This document shows, one piece after another, positions 48,218 to 64,000 of a DNA stretch of 64,000 nt. Every line of letters begins with the position of its first letter. Within the stretch, counting starts at the first letter, position 1. Made by a program: the position numbers and the translations under genes. This DNA comes from the human T2T-CHM13v2.0 reference genome, Homo sapiens, in the NCBI RefSeq assembly GCF_009914755.1, contig NC_060929.1; one strand, given 5' to 3'. The notes below the pieces were generated by a model. That model was not told where the DNA came from. It did no database searches and was given only the letters and a program-made list of their open reading frames with translations.

Positions 48218-50802
48218 CTAATAAAGAGAAAAGAAAATAAATTCTTCCCACCCACGCCTGGGGAAACCAGCACCCAGTATAACCTGGGGGTTTTTGCAGC
48301 TCATAAACCGTCTCTGGAGCCATGGAAAGGGAATCATGGCAGTCAGTGGACAGGTGACTATGACCTACCCAGACAAGGTCCCACAAGAGCGATGCTCCTC
48401 AGAGAGCTGGGGACTCTTCTGTTGTTTTCCCAGATTGAGAACTCAACTGTATTTTGCCATAAATGCTTCTAAGATATATCCAGCTGGGACTTCTATTACT
48501 CCCTTTGGAAACCTTAAGATCAAAAAGGGAATAAGAAACCCTTCTTCTGTATCCCAATAATCCACCAGGATAAAGGAGAAACTAGAAATATGCAACTCCC
48601 TTGATTTCAGTGTTTGGCAGGTAACAAAAAATTGAGACCCAGACACTGGTCAACAGGAAAACAATACAGACTCCCAGAATTAGAAAGTGTTATTTTAATG
48701 CAACCTAGGTAACTTGGGGAGTAAGGAAGCCCTTTGAACTTGGGCCATATTCAAAGTGTGTTTGCCCTCTTAACTTGGGCATCCTGGGGTGTCTGTACAC
48801 CAAGACCTGGGCCCCAGGGCAAGAGACAAAAAGAGTTGTGGATTCTACCTACCTGCATTTGCACTTCCACATCTTCCAATGGTAATCTTTGGAGGAGGGG
48901 TAGTTTCCCATAAGGAGAGCCCTGGGAGCTTAGCCGCTGGTTTCCTAAATCTGAATATCTCAGCCTTGGGAATCTCTGCTGTCTGCACAGGCTTGCACCC
49001 TGCCTGGAGGAGATATTTTGAATATGTTGAATAAAAAGCAAAAATGATCACCAAAAATGGGAAAAAAACCCTAGCTTATTGTTTTAAATTAGAAAACAAT
49101 TTAAGTGTTCAAAGTAGGATAAACAAGTAAATCATAACCTTACAGTAGACTATTAGCCACTAAAATATTCTTGAGAAATACTTAGTAATATGGAAAGCAC
49201 GCATGATAGAATTAACTGAACAAAGTTGATTGCAAAATGGCATGTTCAGGATGAATCCAATTTTGTTTTTGTGGCAATGTGCAAATATTTGCCACTATGT
49301 GATACCAAAATAGAGTGGTTTGTTTTCCTTTTGTGTTTTTCTGTATTTTTACGTTTGCCTACAATAAATATTTTTTGTCATCAGAAAGAATTAATGTGTT
49401 ATTTATTTTAATGCCAAAAAGGAATAACCAATCTTGTTTTTTAGTGAAAAGGAAGGTGAAATGTTCATGAAGGAAGCTGGCATCTCAAGAGAAACATTTA
49501 AAACTACCACAGATGTCAGAGAATAGATATAAGGACAGATACATAAAAGCGAAGCCTATGTCAAGGAAATGACAGATTTCCTCTCTGTCTCTCCTTCAAT
49601 GGAAAGTTAAAAAGCACACTGCAGTAGTGACAGAGAAAGAAAATGTGTGTGGTGTGTGCTGCTTGGTGGTCATGGAAGGAGGAATGGAAATAGGCAACCA
49701 AAAGAAGATTATTTCCCTGAGGCTCAGAGAAAAAGCAAAAATAAAATTATCTAGCACAGAGGTTAAACCCTCAATAAATATAGATGTCAAAGCGTCCCAC
49801 CCGAAACCTGAGTTGCGACCCTGTGCTAGAGAAATGAACACACTAGATTTCCCCCCCACACTAGATTCCTAACTGAATCTCCATCCAAAGAACCCAGGCA
49901 CCTGAGGCTTTGACATCTTCCCCAGGACCTTACTGACATACCCCAATAATCTTGGCAGGGATTTTCAGAAGCAAAACCATCCCTGCTGCCCTGTTCAAAA
50001 GGTCATTCCAGGAGAACAAGCCTTTTGTTTACTGCGGGCTTATATCAGAGGTTTTCACCAAGAAATCTCAGGCAATGGGAATTCCTTGAAGTTTGTCTGC
50101 TGCCCCAAAAAACTCATAGTCTCCTAGTCTCTTCTCCTTCCAAGCCTTTCCCACCCTCATCCATCTTACCTTCAGAGCTATCAGTCACACCAACCAATCT
50201 TCCCACATGGACCCTGTGCCAGAAACAACAGGAATTTGGATTTCTCTACATCCATCGCCTTCCTGCCAAGGATTCATTCCAAGGCAACACAGCCTCATTC
50301 AGATTTGTCAGTTACAGCCCTATATCCCTTCCCTTTTGGTTCATCCTTAACAAGCTGGCTATCATTAAGGTGACAGAACAGTAAAACCCCGTTTCCATAG
50401 ATTAAGGGCCCAAGACAGGCAGATTGGCCACGATCTGATGATGGATCTTGTAAACCTGCTGAAAAAGTGATCAATTCAATGAGGGAAACCTGTCCATGAG
50501 CCTATTCCCCTAGTTCAGTAAATCCAAGCACAGCATCACTTCGCCTGGACAATGGAATTCTGTATTTGCTCAGTCTAGATTAAAAGGAAAATATGCTTTT
50601 GGGAGGCCAAGGCGGGAGAATCACTTGAGGCCAGGAAGTTTGAGACCAGCCTGGGTAACACAGCGAGACTCGATCTCTACAACAACAACAAAAAAAAAAA
50701 AAAGAGGAAAGAAAGAAAAAGAGGCCAAGTGTGGTGGCTCACACCTGTAATCCCAACACTTTGGGAGGCCGAGGCAGGCAGATCACTTGAGTCCAGGAGT
50801 TA

Positions 50803-51104
<302 letters not shown>

Positions 51105-53205
51105 CTACAAATCTTTATCTCTTTTGTCTTTTTCTTTTCTTCCTTCTTTTCCTTCCCATCTGCTCTCTGATGTGGGCAGAATTAGGAGCTCCTAAGAAAA
51201 CCCTGAGTCCTGTTCCCCGGGTCTCCTTTGGTTCACTGCCAATCTACTCAGGCTTGCTGGCAGGTGAGTAAGTGGTTAGGGAAACTAGAGTGGAAAGGAA
51301 GTAATTGATCACCTACTAAATGTCAGGTGCTTAACAGATATCGTCTCCTTCAATCCTCAGGCCAATCCAATTAAAGAGTTACAATTATTCCTTTCCAACT
51401 ACTGAGGAAACTGGCTCAGAGAGAGGTTAAGCACCCCAACCTAAAATTAAATGCAGGGAGGTGAATTTAAATTCAGGCTACTACTGCCTCATAAATCCAT
51501 ACTCTTTCTTTTACACCACTTACACTATAGCAGTCCAGGGATCCCTGGCCACATTCTTAACCATCATGACAGTTTTGTAGAATGACTACCATTCATATGC
51601 AATGAAAGGTGTCCTCTCCTCCCTCTTCACCAAGCAAGGGAATCATATTTCTCAGCCTTTCTCCAGAATGAAGAAACCTAACTTTTGATTTGCAAAGGCC
51701 TTCCTTAGAATGATAAAGCAGAAAGCCTGGCTCCTGCTGATTTGTGGGGGCAGAATCCTGGTTCTCCAGGGGGTACCCAAAGAAAAAACTAACCATTATG
51801 GTCTACATTACAGGTCAAAGTTTCAAGAGGGAATGTCAAAGGAGGGCTGTTTATTTTAGAAGATAGAGAAAGGAAAAACAGGCTTCAGAGAAAAACGAAC
51901 GTTTCTAGCCCCACATCACAAACTACTCATAATCCTATTGATGACAAAAGGCAGTGACCCTGGACCTAGATAAAGATGTTCAGATTGGGGGAAAATGAAA
52001 GCAAGGGCCAGATCAAAGGCTTCTAGAAGAGGTTAAAGACCTTTGGGTAGGAATAGAGCTCTAAACCACCCAATCCTGCAGCATTCCCTACCACTGAAGG
52101 CAAGCAGAGCCTGGAGGAGGAAAGTATCCTGCCCCTATCAGCACGTGAGATTGCAGAGGAGCAAAGAGTAGACTCCAGGGCCCTGGACAGCCTCCAAGGT
52201 TGGTGCTCTGCCTGCCCTGCTAGGCTGCCCTTCTCATGGAGCATCATCAGGAAAAGGATATGTGATGATCCAAGGAAAGAACTGAAGGAATTAGGCCAGG
52301 CGTCTGGGAGGCCTCCCACTACACTTGGTCAGCAAGCGACCAGTGAAACGATGGGCAGGGGAAGTGAGGATGTGGGTAGGAAGTGGGTGGGGAAGGCCCA
52401 GTGGTGCACCAGGTACCCAAACTCATTCCCACATTCCTCTCAGACTCTCAGGTACCCATGCATATCTGTGATGGGACTCAGTGATCTTGAGAAGGTCCCT
52501 TGTCATTTAATTGCCATCGGCTTCTTGCAGTCTATAAGAGATCACTTAATTCAGCCACCTGCTTCTTAACAGGAGAGCTCCTAAAGCCAAAAAAAAAGAG
52601 GCACACACTGTACATCCTGTTTTGAAAGACTGTCAGGAAGGGGAAAGCCAGTCCTTCCCTACCCAGGACAAAGTGCTTACCAGAGCATTTGCTCACGTCT
52701 ACCCTGAATTAATACTATTACATCTTAAACTGGCGTCTCCTAGGACTTCATATTATGGATTTGAGGCCTTCAAACAGACCCATTCGCCAAAAGAAATAAG
52801 CCAATTACTTCAGTTTTTCACCAGTTGTCTCTTTTTCCCAGACTGTCTTCAGATACATGAACTTGAGTTTCTGTGAGGAGTTAGGTGGGGTATGAGTCAG
52901 ACATCCTTTTCAAGCCTCAACTGCCTTCACCTCTTTCCCTCATGTGTCTGAAGAATCTATTTATTCTTGGTCTCACAGAGCTCTGATTGCCCCACTTGCA
53001 TTTCTCCATGGCCAAAGTTCATTTCTTTCTTTTTTTGTTTTTGAGACAGGTTCTCACTCTGTTGCCCAGGCTGGAGTACAGTGGCATGATCATGGCTGAC
53101 TGCAACCTCAAGCTTCCGGGCTCAAGGGATCCTCCCACCTCAGCCTCCTAAGTAGCTGAGACTGTAGGCATACACCACCATGCCCAGGTAAAATTTTATT
53201 TTTAA

Positions 53206-53367
<162 letters not shown>

Positions 53368-54014
53368 TAACATTGATTCCCTGCTCTGTCCACTGGGATT
53401 GGGCCAGCAGAGTGGCCTCATTAGAGTCCTCCTGTGCTGGGGCTTGTGGTGGTGTGGGGACAAGAACAGGAAACTGACAATCAGGGCATCCAATCCCATG
53501 ATTCACAACTGAGTACCTGAGATTTACAAATGGAGCATTGTTCTCCTGCCCACCTTACCTCTAAGCTGCTGTTGTCTGACTCATCTGCCATCTAGCCCTC
53601 CTTTATCAGTGAGGGTCTGGCCTGGCATAGTGCCTTATTTTCTCTTTTGGAATCTGGATATGCCCGACTCCAGAGTCCCCCAGACCTCTGCTTTCTCTGC
53701 CTTCCTCCAGGTGTAGCCTGCTCTCAGTTTCATCTATCCTAGTTCTTCCAATGGTAGCTCCTTACTGTGTTCACGAAAAGCTGTTGTTACAGCCCCACAT
53801 CCTCAGCACTGACCACAATGTGTCAGTTAGTCTTTTATCCTCCTGACTTTGCTCAATTGTCTACTTAGGTTGGACTATGTTCAGTAATTTCACTACTCCT
53901 GGAGACTTCCTCACCCTTCTGATCACTCATTAAGGGTACCTTGACTTTTTCTCTTTTCTTTTCCTTTTCTTTGTCCTTTCCTTTCCCTTTCCCTTTTCCT
54001 TTCTTTTCTTTTCT

Positions 54015-57024
<3,010 letters not shown>

Positions 57025-57043
57025 TGAGCCACCGTGCCTGGCC

Positions 57044-57110
57044 TATTCCTGCAATCTTATGCGACTATTGATACAATTTAATTTTCAGAAAATCAAGGAA
57101 GATAATTTAG
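57044..57110 (+). repeat. Dispersed copy of unique sequence 60865-60931
   Basis: 65/67 identical (TATTCCTGCAATCTTATG.GACTATTGATACAATTTAATTTTCAGAAAATCAAGGAAG.TAATTTAG); both copies follow a minus-strand Alu. Confidence 0.92.
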
Positions 57111-57419
57111 CACTTTAGGAAGCCAAGGCAGTGGATCTTTTGTGGCCAGGAGCTTGAGACAAGTCTAGCCAACTTAATGAAACCCTATCTCTACTTAAAA
57201 AAAAAAAAAAAAATACCTGGGCATGGTAGCATGTGCCTGTAGTCCCATCTACTTGGGAGGCTGAGGCACAAAAATCACTTGGCTGGGAGGTGGAGGTTGC
57301 AGGGAGCCGAGATCGTGCTACTATACTCCAGCAGCCTGGATGACAGAATGAGATTCTGTCTCAAAACCCAAACAACACATACACAAAAAAAGCCATAAAA
57401 AAACCCATACTAGATGTTA

Positions 57420-58560
<1,141 letters not shown>

Positions 58561-60545
58561 TTCAAGTCCTAAGAAACATCACATCTTCCCCCATCGATGC
58601 CCACAAGTGTCCATTGAAGGAGCTGAGCTGCTGAACCTCTTTCTGATTCTGAGTCTAGGTAGGTAGAGACTTGCTGGCAGGTAGGGGAAAAGATGAGCTA
58701 ACCTTTGTGGGAGGCCTCCCTGTCAGTTTATTCTTTCACTGAATGCCTTCTATGGGGTCAAGGATATGCTAGGCAACTGCTTAGGGACATAAAAATGAAA
58801 GTACATAATCCCTCCCAATCAAGAAATGCTCACCTGTTCTCATAACAATGTAGTATGCCAGCCTAAGCAACATAGCAAGATCTTGTCTCTACAAAAATAC
58901 AAAAATCAGGCAGGTGTGGTGGTGCGCACCTGCAGTCCTAGCTACTCAGGAGGCTGAGGCAGGAGGATCACTTGAGATGGGAGATTGAGGCTGCAGTGAG
59001 CTATGATTGTACCACTGCACTCCAGCATGGGCAACAGAGCAAGATCCTGTCTCAAACAACCCAATGTAGTGTGATAAACATTCTAACAGAGGTGTGTATA
59101 GGGGCAGTGGAAACTCCGGGATGAAAGCAACCAACATCATCTGCCTGGCCTAGAACTGAAGCAAAACTCACCCAAGTGGTTAGAGCTGATGACTATTACA
59201 ACGGTGCTCTGAAGCCAGAATGGCTTTCCCCACCTCTGTTTACTTCTGTGTTGTTCTAAAACAAACCCTGTACTTCCTAGGATAGAGATAAAATGATAAC
59301 AGTTTGGTGAGGGCAAAAAGGAGGCTTTGGTTCTCTGACCATTGACAACAGAGAACAGACCTTTCCAATGAGTTTTAATCCGTCAGGTGTGGGGCAGGCG
59401 TGGGGGTTAGAGGAAAAACTAGAAGAGAGTGGTTTATTGCTGTTCACAAAAAAAAGCAGTAAAATACTTTGCCCTGAGCTGCGTAAGGGTCATACTCTGT
59501 ATGATAAGCTATCATTTAACATGAGGAGGAAATTGAAGTTTCACTTCCTTGCTTTTGTGGCACCCCTTGAATTGGGTTGATGACTCCATTCAGTCAGCAT
59601 GAGGCCTGCCTTACCAATTTTGTTTTGCAAAACAAAGCCAGTCACGGTCAAACTCAGTTGGTTAATTTCATAGATTAACATGTGAAGCCCCAGGAAAGCA
59701 AGGCAGCTGGGACTGCTCTGGCTGGGAAACCATGGGTTAATTCTGGGCCAGCATGGCAGGGAGCTTCATAAGATCTTTTAGCCCCTTGGCACCCGCCCAC
59801 ACCTCACCCCTCCAAAAGCTTCCCTCATTCACCAGTGTCCTGGGGTTGAATTGAAATAATCTCCAGAGTGTGAAGGACAGGGCAGGGTTGAGTGTATTGG
59901 ATACATTTCCCCAGTGTGTTATGTAATTCTTCTCAGCCTGATTTCTTTAGAACCGGGCTGGGTAGCACGTGTGGTAAAAGAAGCCTGGCTGGAATCTATA
60001 TGAGCGCAAACTGGGGAAAGCAAAATTAAAAAAAAAAAAAAAAGACAATAATACAAAATTTCTTTCAAATCTTGGGCTCCAATAGGGATACCTACACAAC
60101 CTAAAGAAAACAGTGAAGATGAAAATATTGTTAGAGCTTTACTAAACAGCCAGACATTTCATGTTGCCTCTATGGCTAAGATACTAGAAAAGAATTGTTG
60201 ACTCTCTTAAGAGGATGATCCAAGCCGAGTTCTGACTCCTTTCTAACTCTAAAATTTGCTGAAAAACTGAGGCTACTTTGGAATATATCATAATCTGGAG
60301 TTCTTCAAACTTCTTATTTAGCTAAGATAAATTCCATTGTTTCTGTCTTTCTGAATTCCGATGCTTCTGGTGAGAAACGATTCTGCCAATAATACATAAG
60401 GACTATCCAAAAGCCAAGAAAATTTGTACCTGCAAATAAAACTGCCCAAAAAATGAGGTTCATGTTCCAAAAAGAGAGTAAGGTAATATATAATTTTAGT
60501 TCCCTGAAGGTTGTCTTGCATTTTTCCAAAAGGACTTATTCCTGA

Positions 60546-60845
<300 letters not shown>

Positions 60846-61210
60846 TGAGCCACCGTGCCTGGCCTATTCCTGCAATCTTATGTGACTATTGATACAATTT
60901 AATTTTCAGAAAATCAAGGAAGGTAATTTAGTATTGCAGGAAAAATGTTGCTGATGTTGCCACAGATTTTACTATAATGCTATGCTAATTACTTCTTGAG
61001 CCTCAAAATCATTGTTATACAAAGAGGGGATTGGATTAGATTGCATGATACATTCCCCCAATTTTTTTTTCAAATTCTAAAATTCTATTCTGAGCTTCTA
61101 AGTTTCTCTATCCTGACAGTTTTGGTCTTCAGATGATGCCTTGTGCCAATTGCCATACAGAAAAAGTTAGAATAAGTTACTTCTGCTTCCTAGAAATATA
61201 TAGCCTATAA

Positions 61211-62125
<915 letters not shown>

Positions 62126-63317
62126 GCAACAGTCACATGTTCTTGATGTACACATAGTCTAATGGTTAGATTTCACTTATTTGGGCTGGGCGCTGTGGCT
62201 CATGCCTGTAATCCCAGCATTTAGGGAGACCGAGGCAGGTGGACTGCTTGAGTCCATGAGTTCCAGACCAGCCTGGGCAACATAGTGAGACCCCATCTCT
62301 ACATTAAAAAAATTTTTTTTTTAAGATTTCATTCACTTGAATTTTGTGCTGGAGGAAGTTTGTTTGTATATTATATTTTAAAGGGAGGTGCTATTAAATT
62401 AACGCCACAAATAAGACTACAGGTGGAGGTTTTGAACTACTTAGGACAATAACCTTGTTGAGTGCTGGTTTTCAAGGGGATCCTGGCATAATGAGTGGCA
62501 TTCTGGACATGAGCCAGAAACCTGGATTGAGAACCAATTGAGGTACAGCCATTAGCTTGACCTTGGGCACATCTCTTAGCCACCTTGAGCCTTATTTGCT
62601 TCAACTATAAATTAAGGGGTTAAATTAGGTGGTTTTAAATTAACTGGCAAACCTTCTTTTCAAGCAGATATATGAGCAAGAGCAAGTAGTAGTTAGGTGT
62701 AAATAACAGCATTAGTGCCTTTAGTAATACAGTGAATGAAAAGAGATTTGGAGGTGCCTTCTGAGTGATAAGGGAAGAGAACCTGTGATTTTCAGCCACA
62801 AAGAACAATAGCATAAACTAAATAAAGCCCCCAATTCCACTCTATTGATTTAAATACAATAAATCCATTAAATGAAGGAACTTGTTTTGTACACAACACT
62901 TAGGTAGCCCCATGAGAAAAACAAAAAGCTTCCCATGTCTGTGAAAAAGCACCATGAAGCAGTGGAAAGGCTTCAGAGGTAGATATAATTGAGTTCAGCA
63001 GGGGATAAAAATACATTTTCCCTACTCATCCTAGGTTCATGGCTGAGGCCCCATAACAAAAGACAGTTCAAAATCCTGGCTCTATTAATTCCTAGGTAAG
63101 GCATTAGTAGGATCTTTTAATTTCCAGATAAAATCACTTTAACCTCAGGATTGCTGCTGTGAGAATTAAATAACATAAGTATTAATAAGAGTGCCAGGCC
63201 AGGCGTGGTGGCTCACACCTGTAATCCCAGCACTTTCGGAGGCTGAGGCAGGCAGATCACCTGAGGTCAGGAGTTCGAGACCAGCCTGACCTACATGATG
63301 AAACCCCATTTCTACTA

Positions 63318-63476
<159 letters not shown>

Positions 63477-64000
63477 TCAAAAAAAAAAAAAAAGTGCCTA
63501 GTACAGTGCTTGGCATATAATGAATAACAGCAAATAGTAATCTTTCCATTAATGATGGGAACATAATCCATATATAAATAAGCTAAGTAAAAATACTAAA
63601 GGGAAATAATAACAGCTAATGTTGACTGAATGTTTCCTCTTTGCCAGTAGGAACTGTTATATACTTTTACATATATTATCACATTTAGTACTCACAACAG
63701 CTCTGTGAGATGGGAACTACCATTATCCCCATTTTATAGATGAAGAAACTGAGACTCAGCAAGATTAAGCAAACTTCCCCATTGTCACAGAGCTAGGAAG
63801 TCATGGAGTCATGATAAAAACTGCTTTGTTGGGAGACTGAACGAACCTATTCTTGTTTGGGAGGTTACCAGATAATTCACTTTAAAAATACATAAATGTT
63901 TGTAAAAACTGCTTTGCTGTCTCCAAAGGCCAAATGTTAAACTACTTCATAATGTACTGTCCAGCACATTATGTCAAGGAAATATATTAACTACAAGCCA

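Noticed and set aside
49030-49368. AATAAA at 49030 and 49363 as the WNT8A polyA signal
   Set aside because: Both lie in AT-rich, old L1-like DNA; usage cannot be assigned from sequence alone.
50025-50384. 119-aa non-Alu ORF
   Set aside because: Non-ATG start, no recognisable domain or exon structure; length compatible with chance.
47421-50500. Second tandem Wnt8 ORF, as in bicistronic teleost wnt8a
   Set aside because: No Wnt motifs in any downstream frame that I could see.

Overview
Primate (almost certainly human) genomic DNA, very Alu-rich, with one protein-coding gene: WNT8A on the + strand. It has six coding exons at 40438-47420; the 1056-nt CDS encodes 351 aa, and all splice sites are GT-AG with matching phases. 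The sequence also supports two alternative WNT8A termini: an N-terminus from intron-1 retention and a C-terminus from an intra-exonic donor. The rest is intergenic or intronic and dominated by repeats: dozens of Alus, an SVA nested in an Alu, LTRs (THE1, MLT1, LTR16-like, ERV1-type), DNA transposons (MER6, MER63, MER91-like) and old L1/L2 fragments. Less obvious items read from the sequence are a ~520-bp retrocopy of an unidentified mRNA 3' UTR, a tailless U2 5'-end retroposon with a perfect TSD, a U6 pseudogene, an Alu-Alu tandem duplication, a dispersed templated duplication at an inverted-Alu junction, and a divergent pair of CTCF-like motifs. Almost all ORFs in the supplied track are Alu/SVA artefacts. 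I see no evidence for a wholly new gene system; the best leads are regulatory or retrotransposition-related. Repeat subfamily names are from recognition by eye, not a database search.
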